From Acidobacteriota bacterium (lineage in GTDB: Bacteria > Acidobacteriota > Thermoanaerobaculia > Multivoradales > JAGPDF01), in the NCBI GenBank assembly GCA_039933785.1, contig JBDTNL010000005.1, positions 18,506-82,505 on the forward strand: a DNA stretch of 64,000 bases, in the 5' to 3' direction. Position 1 is the first letter of the stretch. Each line of letters starts with the position of its first letter. This document shows positions 19,867 to 29,459 of the stretch, in pieces. A program made the translations under genes and the position numbers. The notes beneath the pieces were generated by a model. The model was not told the DNA's origin. It saw only the letters and a program-made list of their open reading frames with translations, and did not search any database.

Positions 19867-20139
19867 TCAGCTCTTCTTGTCGTGGCTCTTGAGCTCGTCC
19901 ACGCCCTCGAGCACCGCGTCCTTCACCTTGTGTGCTGTATCCGCGACGGCTTCCTTGGTGCGCGCCGCCATGTCGTTCGCGCCTGCGACACTGCCGGCGG
20001 TCTTCTCCTGCGCGTTCTCCAGGATCTCGTGGGTCTTCTCGCGCGCGGTCGCGGCGACGTCCTTGGCGACGTCGGCGGCGCCGTGCGCAGCCTCCTGAGC
20101 TCCCTGCCAAATCTTCTTCAGGCCGTCTTCGATGCTCAT
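19867..20139 (-). CDS. Small Ala/Lys/Glu-rich protein with 11-residue periodicity (LEA-like / stress-protein-like)
   Basis: 90 aa with no TM segment. Repeating units include KDVAATAREKT / HEILENAQEKT / ARTKEAVADTA / HKVKDAVLEGV. Confidence 0.5.
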   Translation of the reverse strand: MSIEDGLKKIWQGAQEAAHGAADVAKDVAATAREKTHEILENAQEKTAGSVAGANDMAARTKEAVADTAHKVKDAVLEGVDELKSHDKKS

Positions 20140-20218
20140 CGAGATCTCCCTCGGGTCGTCCTACGTGAACTGGCTCCGCTCCAAGCAGGCGCGGTCGATC
20201 GTACTCTAGACTCCGCGC

Positions 20219-20863
20219 ATGCAGAAGATTCCCCGCTTGCTCGACGCCGCGGATCGACGCGTGCTCGGGGCGCTGCTCGAGAAGGAGCAGACGACGCCCG
20301 AGGTCTATCCGCTCACGGTGAACGCTCTGGTCGCCGCCTGCAACCAGAAGACGGCACGCGAGCCGGTGATGGAGCTCTCCGAGGCCGAGGTGCAGGCGGC
20401 GCTTCGCCGCTTGTTCGAGGACGTCCTGGTGTGGCGGGCCGAGAGCGCCAGGGTCACGCGCTGGCGCCAGAGCGTCGAGCGGCGCTGGGCGCTCGACGGC
20501 GCTACCAAGGCCATCATGACGTTGTTGCTCCTGCGCGGACCGCAGACGATTGGGGAGCTCAGGAACCGCAGCGAACGGTTGCACGCGTTCGCCTCGACGG
20601 AGGAGCTCGAAGCCGCGCTCGTGCGCCTCGCGGCGCCACCCGAGCCGCTGGTCGCCGAGCTACCGCGCGGACCCGGCCAGAAGGAAGCCCGCTGGATGCA
20701 TCTTGTCGGTGACGAGCCCATCCCCGCCGAGCCAAAGGCGCTGCGATGGGCATCGCCGGCGACCAGTGGACCCGATCCATCGTTGGCCGAACGCGTCGCG
20801 GTTCTAGAGCGCCGGCTGGACGAGCTCGAACGTCGTATTGAGGGAATACCGGCGCCGGGCTAG
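20219..20863 (+). CDS. YceH-family protein (DUF480)
   Basis: LDAADRRVLGALLEKEQTTPEVYPLTVNALVAACNQKTAREPVMEL matches the DUF480 N-terminal signature. The C-terminus is a coiled coil. Confidence 0.8.
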   Translation: MQKIPRLLDAADRRVLGALLEKEQTTPEVYPLTVNALVAACNQKTAREPVMELSEAEVQAALRRLFEDVLVWRAESARVTRWRQSVERRWALDGATKAIMTLLLLRGPQTIGELRNRSERLHAFASTEELEAALVRLAAPPEPLVAELPRGPGQKEARWMHLVGDEPIPAEPKALRWASPATSGPDPSLAERVAVLERRLDELERRIEGIPAPG

Positions 20864-20922
20864 CGGTGGCGCCCGAGGGACACGGATACTGATCCCGCAC
20901 GCAGTCACGCTAAGCTGGCGGC

Positions 20923-22047
20923 ATGCCGGTCGCCGATCTGCAGAGCCTGCGTGAACGCATCGAAGCGCTCGACCGCGAGCTGCTCTCCCTGCTCAAGGAG
21001 CGCATGGCGATCGTCGAGGGTGTGGCGGGCGCCAAGCTGGTGAGCGCCTCGCCGTTTCGCGATCCGCAGCGCGAGGAGCAGGTGCTGCAGCGGGTGCGCC
21101 ACATCGGCGTCGAGCTCGGGCTCGATGCGCATCGGGTCGAGAGCCTCTATCGGGCCATCATGGAGATGTCGATCGCGCACCAGCAGGCGTACGTCCATGG
21201 CCTCGACAGCGTGCCGTTGCGGGTCGCCTATCAGGGCATCGAAGGCAGCAACAGCCATCTCGCGGCGCAGCGGCGCTATGGCGGACGCGCGGGTGGAGCG
21301 TTGCTCACCGGCTTCGAGGAGTTCCGGCAAGCGCTGGAGGCGGTGAAGACCGGCGATGCCGATCTCGCATTGCTACCGATCGAGAACTCGACGGCCGGCA
21401 GCATCAACGAAACCTACGACCTGCTGGCCGAGGGCGGTGCCACCATCATCGGCGAGGTGGTGAGCGCGATCGAACACTGTCTGGTGGGCTGGAGCGGTGC
21501 GCGACACGAGGATTTACGGCTGGTGATTTCTCATCCGCAGGCCTTGCGCCAATGCGACGCCTTCCTGCGCTCGATGCCATGGGTCACCGTGCGCAGTGAG
21601 TTCGACACCGCCGGTGCGGCGCGCAAGGTCCGGGAATCCGGCGATCCCACGATGGCGGCGATCGCGAGCGAGAACGCGGCCGATCGCCATGGTTTAACGG
21701 TGCTCGAACGCGAGATTCAGGACGAGCGCCACAACTTCACGCGCTTCGTCGAGCTCGCCCGCGAAGCGAGCCCCTGCCCGGCGGACGAGGCTTGCAAGAC
21801 GTCGTTGTTGGTTCACTTGCCTCACCAGCCGTCGGCGCTGGGCGAGCTTCTGGGTGAGCTCGGGCGGCGCGGGGTCAATCTCTGCAAGCTGGAGTCGCGG
21901 CCTATCCCCAGCCAGCCCTGGCAGTATCGGTTCTACCTCGATCTCGAAGGTCACGCGGCATCCGAGCAGGTCTCGACGGCGCTCGAGGCCGTGCGCCCGC
22001 TGTGTGCGGAGCTGCGCGTTCTCGGAACGTATCCGCGATCGAACTGA
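20923..22047 (+). CDS. pheA: Bifunctional chorismate mutase / prephenate dehydratase (P-protein)
   Basis: An N-terminal CM domain (LRERIEALDRELLSLLKERMAIV), a PDT domain (VAYQGIEGSNSH...ALLPIENSTAGSINETYDLL) and a C-terminal ACT domain (ESRPI...WQYRFYLDLEGH). Confidence 0.92.
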   Translation: MPVADLQSLRERIEALDRELLSLLKERMAIVEGVAGAKLVSASPFRDPQREEQVLQRVRHIGVELGLDAHRVESLYRAIMEMSIAHQQAYVHGLDSVPLRVAYQGIEGSNSHLAAQRRYGGRAGGALLTGFEEFRQALEAVKTGDADLALLPIENSTAGSINETYDLLAEGGATIIGEVVSAIEHCLVGWSGARHEDLRLVISHPQALRQCDAFLRSMPWVTVRSEFDTAGAARKVRESGDPTMAAIASENAADRHGLTVLEREIQDERHNFTRFVELAREASPCPADEACKTSLLVHLPHQPSALGELLGELGRRGVNLCKLESRPIPSQPWQYRFYLDLEGHAASEQVSTALEAVRPLCAELRVLGTYPRSN

Positions 22048-22054
22048 CGCTCTG

Positions 22055-22564
22055 CTACTGCTTCATCAGCGGGATCTGCTCCGCGACCTGCAGGTTCTGC
22101 ACCATTTCGAGCCGATCGTCGATCTGCCAGAAGCGCGCCAGGAGTTTGCCGGGCAGGATCTTGGCGAAGCGCTTGACGTACTTTACCCGCATGGCGGCGC
22201 GCTGCTGATAGAGCTCGGCCGAGCGGCGCGCGATGTCCGCCGCCGCGGTGTCATCGACCGTGGCGTAGCCGTTCGAGTAGTCCTTGAACAGCTGAAAGCG
22301 TTGGTCGCTGAGGGTCGCGAGATCGGCCTCGTATTCCTTGTAGAGCGCGAAAAAGGCCGTCGAGAGCTCCGGACTCATGCTCAGTGCGTTGGTGAAGATG
22401 GTCGGCTTCTGAGCCCGCAAGTCGGTGCGCAGGAACGAGATCGCGGCGTCCAGGCTGACCGGCTCGCCGTCCTGGGCCAAAATCGGGGGTCCGGAAAGCG
22501 CGCCGACGAGACCTCCGGCGACGATGAACGCACGGCAAATCGAGCGCGAGCTGAAATTCATCAT
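22055..22564 (-). CDS. Secreted helical protein of unknown function
   Basis: 169 aa with a signal peptide (MMNFSSRSICRAFIVAGGLVGALSGPPILAQ). I recognised no motif in the remainder. Confidence 0.5.
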   Translation of the reverse strand: MMNFSSRSICRAFIVAGGLVGALSGPPILAQDGEPVSLDAAISFLRTDLRAQKPTIFTNALSMSPELSTAFFALYKEYEADLATLSDQRFQLFKDYSNGYATVDDTAAADIARRSAELYQQRAAMRVKYVKRFAKILPGKLLARFWQIDDRLEMVQNLQVAEQIPLMKQ

Positions 22565-22701
22565 GCAACCCTCCTCAGGCGGATGGCCTAAGTATAGCCG
22601 CTACAGCGTTTTGAACGCGGGCCCGCCCAGGGCTCACTCGCCGCTCATTCGGCACTCTATGATCGATGGCGGAAGGTTGACCAGGAACAGGAGACGACTC
22701 T

Positions 22702-23715
22702 ATGCAACTCGGGATGATCGGTTTGGGCAGGATGGGCGCCAACATGGTGCGGCGCCTGATGCGTGGAGGCCACGAGTGCGTGGTGTACGACCGCTCTGCC
22801 GACGCGGTGGCCGCGCTGGTGAAGGAGGGCGCGGTCGGCGCGAGCTCACCGGCCGATCTGCTCGCCAAGCTCGCGGCGCCTCGTGCGGTTTGCCTCATGG
22901 TGCCGGCGGGTGTCGTCGACTCGGCCATCGCCGGGCTCGAGCCAGCCTTGGTTTCGGGAGACATTCTCATCGACGGCGGCAACTCGTACTACCACGACGA
23001 TATTTCGCGCGCCAAGCGCCTGGCCGCCAAGGGCATTCACTACATCGATTGCGGCACTAGCGGCGGAGTTTTCGGCCTCGACCGCGGCTACTGCCTCATG
23101 ATCGGCGGTGAGAACGAGGTGGTGAAGCATCTGGAGCCGATTTTCGCCACCCTGGCACCCGGACCAGGCACGATCGAGCGCACGCCGGGCCGCGAGAAAT
23201 TGGGCGGCACGGCTGAGCTCGGATATCTGCACTGCGGCCCGAACGGCGCCGGGCACTTCGTGAAAATGGTGCACAACGGCATCGAGTACGGCTTGATGGC
23301 GGCGTACGCCGAGGGGTTGAACATCCTCCAGCACGCCAACGTCGGCAAGGGCAATCAGGCCGCCGACGCCGAAACCACACCGCTGCGCAATCCCGAGCAC
23401 TATCAATACGACTTCAACCTCGCGGATATCGCAGAGGTCTGGCGGCGCGGCAGTGTCGTCGCCTCGTGGCTGCTCGACCTGACCGCGGCGTCGCTCGCCG
23501 GCAGCCCGCAGCTCGAGGAATTCGGCGGCCGGGTGTCCGACTCTGGCGAAGGCCGCTGGACGCTCGCCGCGGCGAATGACGAAGCGGTACCGGCGCACGT
23601 GTTGGCGGCCGCACTCTTCGAGCGTTTCGCCTCGCGCGGCGAGGCCGACTTCGCGAACCGCGTGCTGTCGGCGATGCGTTTCCAGTTCGGCGGACACGCC
23701 GAGAAGAAGGCCTGA
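22702..23715 (+). CDS. gnd: 6-phosphogluconate dehydrogenase, decarboxylating (short YqeC/GndA-like form)
   Basis: [19 protein letters not shown]..., [41 protein letters not shown]. The SD AGGAGA lies upstream. Confidence 0.9.
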   Translation: MQLGMIGLGRMGANMVRRLMRGGHECVVYDRSADAVAALVKEGAVGASSPADLLAKLAAPRAVCLMVPAGVVDSAIAGLEPALVSGDILIDGGNSYYHDDISRAKRLAAKGIHYIDCGTSGGVFGLDRGYCLMIGGENEVVKHLEPIFATLAPGPGTIERTPGREKLGGTAELGYLHCGPNGAGHFVKMVHNGIEYGLMAAYAEGLNILQHANVGKGNQAADAETTPLRNPEHYQYDFNLADIAEVWRRGSVVASWLLDLTAASLAGSPQLEEFGGRVSDSGEGRWTLAAANDEAVPAHVLAAALFERFASRGEADFANRVLSAMRFQFGGHAEKKA

Positions 23716-23900
23716 GGCAATCGCCTGTGGCGACGGAGATCTTCGTGCCGCCGCTGCGGGCCCTCGGTGGTTTGCTCCTCGCCCGTGCGGCAGGCGCGGC
23801 CCTCCTCCTTGGCTACCTGCGGCTCCGGCTCCGGCGGCACTTGCTGCCCGGAGTTTCGCGGAGGGCTCGGGGGTCTGATCCTCGTTCTGATCTCGTCTCC

Positions 23901-23949
23901 TTGACAACTTAGGAGAGTGAGCATACCTTCTCCTAAGCAACTAAGGAGA
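23901..23949 (+). promoter_or_regulatory. padR/permease-3 promoter and palindromic operator
   Basis: TTGACA (23901-23906), a 17-nt spacer, then TACCTT (23924-23929). A perfect 9-bp inverted repeat CTTAGGAGA (23908-23916) / TCTCCTAAG (23929-23937) overlaps it. A third half-site, CTAAGGAGA (23941-23949), overlaps the SD. Confidence 0.45.
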
Positions 23950-23953
23950 ACTG

Positions 23954-24304
23954 ATGTCGACCCCTCCCCAGAGTCTTCTGCCCGGCACGCTCGAGGTGTT
24001 GATCCTTAAAGCTGTGTCGCTCGGCTCGGAGCATGGCTACGGCCTCCTCCTACGCCTGCAGGTCATGTCTCGCGACGCCCTGGTGATCGAGCAGGGCGCG
24101 CTTTACCCGGCGCTCTTTCGCCTCGAACAGCAGGGCATGATCGAAGCCGAGTGGGGCCTGTCAGAGAAGAACCGCCGGGCCAAGTTCTACGTCCTGACTG
24201 CGGCGGGCCGCAAGCGCCTGGCGAGCGATCTCAAGGGCTGGCGGAGTCTGGTGGCGACGATGGATCTCGTGCTCGGCGCGCGCAGCTTGGGGCTCAGCCG
24301 ATGA
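23954..24304 (+). CDS. PadR-family transcriptional regulator
   Basis: 116 aa with LEVLILKAVSLGSEHGYGLLLRL...GALYPALFRLEQQGMIEAEWG...RRAKFYVLTAAGRKRL. Confidence 0.9.
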   Translation: MSTPPQSLLPGTLEVLILKAVSLGSEHGYGLLLRLQVMSRDALVIEQGALYPALFRLEQQGMIEAEWGLSEKNRRAKFYVLTAAGRKRLASDLKGWRSLVATMDLVLGARSLGLSR

Positions 24305-26913
24305 GGCGTCGGCTACGGCTGATCTGGCGCGCCTGGTTCGGGCGCGCCGTGTTCGAAGCCGATCTCGAGAGCGAGCTGGCATTTCATCTGGCAGAACGCC
24401 GCGACGCCCTCGTCGAGGCTGGTGGCACACCCGAGGACGCGGCGCGGCAGGCGCGCCTCGAGCTCGGCATGCTGGAGTCCCACAAGGAGGCATGTCGCGG
24501 CTCGCGCGGCTTGCTCGCGCTCGAGAGCCTGCTCGGCGATCTGCGCTATGCGGGCCGCGGCCTGCGGCGCTCCCCCGGTTTCACGGCGACGGCGCTGCTC
24601 GTCCTCGGGGTGTCGATCGGGGCGAACGCGCTGTTCTTCACGGTCTACCGCGCCTACGTTTCAAAGGGTGCCCCGCGGGGCGGTGGTCGTGCATGCGATG
24701 TCGTCGCGCGCGATCGCACCGGGGCCGAGCGTGACAGTTTCTCTCGCGCCGAAGCCAACGAGATCGTTGCCGCGGGGGCAGGAGCGTTCGCCAGCGCCTA
24801 TCTCACGGCCGAAGTCCGCCTGGCCCTCCGTCAGTCCACGCAGTCGGCCGCCTATGGACGTGCGGTGAGCGCGTCGTACTTCCGTGGTCTTGGCGGACGG
24901 CCGCGACTCGGCCGTAGCCTGATCCGCGAGGAGGACAGTGTCCAAGCCGAGGTCCCGGGTGTCGTCCTCAGCGACTCGGGTTGGAAGCGGCTGCTGGGCG
25001 CCGATCCGGCCCCCCTGGGACGTCCGCTGATCCTGTCGGGAACCAGCTTCCAGGTGATCGGCGTGCTGGGGCCAGAGGCCGCAGACTTCGAGGCACTGCA
25101 GCCGCAGCTCTGGATTTCCCTTGCGGCATTGGAGTCGCTGCGCAGCCGGAATCTCGAGGATCCGCCCACATATGGCGTCAGGGGGACGCTCCTACCGGGG
25201 ATCTCGATCGAGCAGGCGAGCGGAGTGCTCGGTGGCCTGCGCTTTCGAGAGGCGGGAGCGGATGAGCAGCAATCGCCTGTGGTTGTCGAGCATCGCGGGC
25301 TACTCAGCGCGGGCGACGCGCCCGGCATTCGTCTCGCGGCCGTGCCGGTGTTTCTCGCCTTCGCCCTGGTCCTGTTCGTGGCTTGCGCGAATCTCGCGAA
25401 TCTCAGCCTGGCGCGCGTTGCGGCGCGTGAGCGCGAGATCGCCATTCGCCTGTCGTTGGGTGCGGGGCGTGCCCGAGTGGTTCGTCAGCTGCTGGTGGAG
25501 AGCCTCGTGCTCTCGATCCTGGCGGCGCTCATCGCGTTGCCGTTTTGCGCCGGGGCGATCTTGCCCTTGCAACGCCTGGCGATGCGCCCGATCGAGGCTC
25601 TGGGAGTCGACCCGACACCGATCTCTGCCGATGGATGGACCGTGGTGATTGCCTTGTCGCTGTCGGTGATCGCTGGACTCGCATTCGGACTGGGTCCCGC
25701 ACTGCAGGTGACGCGCCGGGATCTGGTGGTCCGGGCCGGGGGCGAGGGAGGCCGCGGGAGGGCGCGGTTAGGCCCGATCACCCTTCGGCGATCGCTTCTC
25801 GTGCTCCAGATCGCCCTCAGCCTCGTGCTACTCGTCGTCGCCAGCTCTCTTGGGCGAAACGCTTCGCGCTCATCGCTCCAGCAGGTTGGGTTCGATGCCG
25901 GGCGCATACTCGACGCGGGGTCCTCGCGGCCGAGCCGCGAGCTGCTGCGCCGGCTGGCGGCCACTCCGGGGATCGCCGCCGTGACCACAACCTCGGCCCT
26001 GCCTCTGGCCGGAAACCCCGGTCGGCAGTCAGTCCGCGTCGCGGGTAGGTCGGAGGCGCTCGACTTCCGCGCGGTCGACGATCAGTTCTTCGGCACACTC
26101 GAGATTCCCCTGCTGCGCGGCAGGAGCTTCGTCGCCGCCGAAGCCGGGTCGACGGCGCGGGTTGCCGTCGTCAGCGCCGCGACCGCGCGTAGGTTGTGGC
26201 CGGAAGGCGACGCGCTCGGCCAGGAGATCCAGGTGCTGGCGGAAGCGTCGCCGACCGGTCCGGCGACCGCAGGTCACTATGAAGTGGTGGGTATCTCAGG
26301 CGACGTGATGAGCGACTGGTTTTTCCAGGGCACCGCGAGTTCGGCCGTGTACGTTCCGGCGGCGTTCGACGAGCGCGCGCCGGCGAACGTGCTCGTGCGA
26401 GCGCAAGGCGACTCCGATCGGGTGCTCGACTCGCTGCGGAGAGTCTGCGCTGTGGCGGCTCCGTCGGCGATCTGCGAGCCCGCACCGCTCTCGCGGTGGC
26501 TTGCCCTGCAACGCGCTCCGTTCGACGTCGCCGGAAGCGTCGCGGCGATCCTCGGAGGCGCCGCGGGCCTGATCAGCTGCGTCGGCCTGTTTGGCAGCGT
26601 GGCCTTCCAAGTGACCCGCCGCCGCCGCGAGCTCGGCGTGCGTGGGGCGCTCGGCGCGACCCCGGCGAGACTCGTGGGCTCCGTGCTGATGGGAGCCGCG
26701 AGTGCGGTCCTGCTCGGTCTCGCGCTCGGCCTGCCCTTGTGCGCCGGTCTGTCGGTCTTCCTCGGGGCGAAGCTCCCTGGCATCGTGGCCTTCGACGGAC
26801 GGTCCTATGGCGTCGTGCCGCTGCTGCTGACGACCGTCGCGCTCCTCGCAGCGCTTCTTCCCGCGCTGCGCGCGGCGCGAATCGAACCGCGGACGGCGAT
26901 CGACGAAGGATGA
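24301..26913 (+). CDS. MacB/FtsX-type duplicated orphan permease, copy 3 (PadR-coupled)
   Basis: 870 aa from ATG 24301, which forms an ATGA overlap with the padR stop. It has an N-terminal helical extension (FEADLESELAFHLAERRDALVEAGGTPEDAARQARLELG) and two FtsX modules. Confidence 0.85.
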   Translation: MRRRLRLIWRAWFGRAVFEADLESELAFHLAERRDALVEAGGTPEDAARQARLELGMLESHKEACRGSRGLLALESLLGDLRYAGRGLRRSPGFTATALLVLGVSIGANALFFTVYRAYVSKGAPRGGGRACDVVARDRTGAERDSFSRAEANEIVAAGAGAFASAYLTAEVRLALRQSTQSAAYGRAVSASYFRGLGGRPRLGRSLIREEDSVQAEVPGVVLSDSGWKRLLGADPAPLGRPLILSGTSFQVIGVLGPEAADFEALQPQLWISLAALESLRSRNLEDPPTYGVRGTLLPGISIEQASGVLGGLRFREAGADEQQSPVVVEHRGLLSAGDAPGIRLAAVPVFLAFALVLFVACANLANLSLARVAAREREIAIRLSLGAGRARVVRQLLVESLVLSILAALIALPFCAGAILPLQRLAMRPIEALGVDPTPISADGWTVVIALSLSVIAGLAFGLGPALQVTRRDLVVRAGGEGGRGRARLGPITLRRSLLVLQIALSLVLLVVASSLGRNASRSSLQQVGFDAGRILDAGSSRPSRELLRRLAATPGIAAVTTTSALPLAGNPGRQSVRVAGRSEALDFRAVDDQFFGTLEIPLLRGRSFVAAEAGSTARVAVVSAATARRLWPEGDALGQEIQVLAEASPTGPATAGHYEVVGISGDVMSDWFFQGTASSAVYVPAAFDERAPANVLVRAQGDSDRVLDSLRRVCAVAAPSAICEPAPLSRWLALQRAPFDVAGSVAAILGGAAGLISCVGLFGSVAFQVTRRRRELGVRGALGATPARLVGSVLMGAASAVLLGLALGLPLCAGLSVFLGAKLPGIVAFDGRSYGVVPLLLTTVALLAALLPALRAARIEPRTAIDEG

Positions 26914-26942
26914 ACTCGCTTTGCTAGACTCCTCGTTGTCGG

Positions 26943-27036
26943 AAGCCTAGGGGTGGCCAGCCTTCGTTGAAGGCTAGAGGCCTGAGATCAAACCCTTCGA
27001 ACCTGATCCGGTTGGTACCGGCGTAGGGAAGGCGAA
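26943..27036 (+). promoter_or_regulatory. TPP (thiamine pyrophosphate, THI-box) riboswitch
   Basis: AGGGGUGGCC-[AGCCUU CGUUG AAGGCU]-AGAGGCCUGAGAUCAAACCCUUCGAACCUGAUCCGGUUGGUACCGGCGUAGGGAAGGC. It carries the conserved GGGGUG, CUGAGA, ACCCUU, AACCUGAUC and ACCGGCGUAGGGAA blocks in the right order, about 95 nt upstream of the TonB-receptor ATG. Confidence 0.85.
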
Positions 27037-27130
27037 GCGCGAGGCGCGTGGCCTCGCAGATCCAAGCTCCCAGGGCTCCGCTTTCCAGCGTTGCGCCGGC
27101 CTTCGGGCCCGCGGCCGCGGAGGCGTCGCC

Positions 27131-29458
27131 ATGTCGAAGTCCTCGTCTGTGTGCAGCCTGATCGTCTTTCTCGCCTCGGCGCCGCTCGCGGCGCAGTTCC
27201 CCCATCCGGTGCAGGGCCACGTCGTCGACGGGACGGGGCAGCCGGTGCCGCGGGCGGCCGTCGAGATCGTGCACGGCGAGCGTGGTACGAGCGGTCCAGA
27301 CGGAGCCTTTGCGCTGACCGCGTTCGGGGTCAGTCCCGTGGTGCGGGTTTCGAGCCCGGGGTATCGGGTGGCCGAGCGCACCTTGGACCTGAGCGCGATT
27401 CCGACGGACCTCGTGGTGGTGCTCGAGCTCGCGACGCGGCTGTCCGACGAGATCGTGGTGCGGGCCGTGCGCGCCGATACGGTGACGCCGGTAACCAAGA
27501 CCGATCTCGACGTTGGGGCACTCGCCCAAGCGAACTACGGTCAGGAGATGCCATTCCTGATCAATCGCACGCCGTCGATGACGAACTATTCCGAGAGCGG
27601 TCTCGGCGCCGGGTACGCGTACTTTTACCTGCGTGGGATTCAGCAGACCCGCATCAACATGACGCTCGACGGCGCGCCGCTCAACGACCCCGAGGAGTCG
27701 GCCGTGTACTTCGCGAATTTCGGCGACTTCGCGAGCGCGCTCGAAAGCGTGCAGATCCAGCGCGGCGTCGGGACCTCGACGGTAGGTTCGGCGTCTTACG
27801 GTGGGTCGATCAATTTCGCCAGCGCCGACCTCACCGATCGCCCCCAGTTCTCTGGGCGTATCGAGACCGGGTCGTACGGCACGGAAAAGGGCACGTTCGC
27901 ACTGCAGTCCGGGCGGCTGGGCGACACCGGCATCGCGCTTTACGCCCGCGGATCGCTGCAGACCACCGATGGTTTTCGCGAGCACTCGGGGCTCGATCAG
28001 CGCGCGCTCTATTTCGGCGCTTCGCGCCAGGGCGAGACCTCGTTCGTCAAGCTCTTCGGGTTCGCGGCGCACGAGAAGACCCATCTCGCGTTCATCGCCA
28101 CCGATCGGGACGTGCTCGAGCGCAACCTGCGGTTCAACCCCATGCAGCCCGAGGAAACCGACAGCTTCGAGCAGGATTTCCTGCAAGCGCAGTACACCAA
28201 GATGATCGGCGACAAGACCACGGTTTCCGCACAGGGCTACTACAACGGGGCTTACGGCTGGTTCGATCTCTGGGACGACGAGGTGGCCAAGAACGCGCTC
28301 CAGCGCTACGGCATCCACGGCTACTTTGTGGGAGGTATCGTCAGCGTCAACCACACCCAGGGGCCGCTCGACTTCACCTGGGGCGTTCACGCGAGCACGT
28401 TTGCGCGCGATCACTTCCTCGACATCCTGGGCGGTGATCGCCAGTACACCAACACCGGGCACAAGAAGGACGTCAACAGCTTCGCCAAGGTGACGTATGC
28501 GCTGCGCAAATGGCAGCTCTATGCCGACGCCCAGGTGCGGCACGCGGACTTCCGCTATGACGGATCAGTGGACCTGGGATCTATTTCGTGGACCTTTTTC
28601 AATCCGAAGGTGGGTGCTCGTCGGGACCTGGGGCATGGCGTCACCGTCTACGGCGCCATCGGGCGAGCGACTCGCGAGCCGACGCGCAATGACCTGCTGG
28701 CAGGCGAGGACAATGTGACGGTCTTCCACCAGCTCGACGCGGTGAAGCCCGAGCGGGTGACCGACTACGAGCTGGGCACCGATTGGAGAGGGCGGCGAGC
28801 CTCGGTGTCGCTCAACGTCTACGCCATGGAATTTCGCGACGAGATCGCGCTCACTGGCGAGCTCTCCGGCATCGGCTTGCCGCTGCGACGGAATGTGGAT
28901 CGGAGCTTCCGCCGCGGCGTCGAGCTCGACGCGCGGTTTGATCCGAGCAAGAGCCTGCGGCTCTTGCTTACGGCGAACGTGAGCCGCAATCGGATTCGGG
29001 AGTGGACGCAGTTCTACGACGTGTATGCCACGGACGGCTCGTACGCCACGCAGGAGAGCCGGGTATTCCGCACTGTCGAGCCGCTGCTCACGCCCGACGT
29101 GGTGGTCAATCCGGCGGTCGAGTGGCAGGTGACCGACGCGTTGAACTTCGCGTTGCAAGGCCGCTACTCGAGTCGTTCGTGGCTCGACAACACCAACGCG
29201 CCTGGGTTCGAGACGCCGTCGTTCTGGAACACCGATCTCGCGGTCGGGCTGGAGCTCAAGCAATGGATCGCGATCGGCGAGCCGCGCCTGCGGCTGCAGG
29301 TGAACAACCTGTTCGACAACCAGCGCATCTGGCCGTCGGGGTACAGCTATCTCTACTTCCAGCAGGAGGCGAGTGGCGGACAAACGCTGGTCGGGACGCC
29401 TTCGTTCTATCCGCAGGCAACGCGGACGTTCTTTCTGTCACTCGAGTTCAAGCATTGA
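27131..29458 (+). CDS. TonB-dependent outer-membrane receptor with an N-terminal carboxypeptidase-regulatory-like domain
   Basis: 775 aa with a signal peptide (...FLASAPLAAQ), a CarboxypepD_reg-like segment (VQGHVVDGTGQPVPRAAVEIV), plug and barrel motifs (INMTLDGAPLNDPE, IQRGVGTSTVGSASYGGSINF) and a C-terminal beta-strand ...RTFFLSLEFKH. Confidence 0.9.
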   Translation: MSKSSSVCSLIVFLASAPLAAQFPHPVQGHVVDGTGQPVPRAAVEIVHGERGTSGPDGAFALTAFGVSPVVRVSSPGYRVAERTLDLSAIPTDLVVVLELATRLSDEIVVRAVRADTVTPVTKTDLDVGALAQANYGQEMPFLINRTPSMTNYSESGLGAGYAYFYLRGIQQTRINMTLDGAPLNDPEESAVYFANFGDFASALESVQIQRGVGTSTVGSASYGGSINFASADLTDRPQFSGRIETGSYGTEKGTFALQSGRLGDTGIALYARGSLQTTDGFREHSGLDQRALYFGASRQGETSFVKLFGFAAHEKTHLAFIATDRDVLERNLRFNPMQPEETDSFEQDFLQAQYTKMIGDKTTVSAQGYYNGAYGWFDLWDDEVAKNALQRYGIHGYFVGGIVSVNHTQGPLDFTWGVHASTFARDHFLDILGGDRQYTNTGHKKDVNSFAKVTYALRKWQLYADAQVRHADFRYDGSVDLGSISWTFFNPKVGARRDLGHGVTVYGAIGRATREPTRNDLLAGEDNVTVFHQLDAVKPERVTDYELGTDWRGRRASVSLNVYAMEFRDEIALTGELSGIGLPLRRNVDRSFRRGVELDARFDPSKSLRLLLTANVSRNRIREWTQFYDVYATDGSYATQESRVFRTVEPLLTPDVVVNPAVEWQVTDALNFALQGRYSSRSWLDNTNAPGFETPSFWNTDLAVGLELKQWIAIGEPRLRLQVNNLFDNQRIWPSGYSYLYFQQEASGGQTLVGTPSFYPQATRTFFLSLEFKH

Positions 29459-29459
29459 C

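Noticed and set aside
23727-23912. 61-aa GTG-initiated ORF with a hydrophobic stretch in the gnd-padR spacer
   Set aside because: GC3 is comparably high in at least one other frame. There is no SD. The tail overlaps the padR promoter. The evidence is not enough to call a gene, though the 238-nt spacer is the longest in the window and could be rechecked with transcript data.
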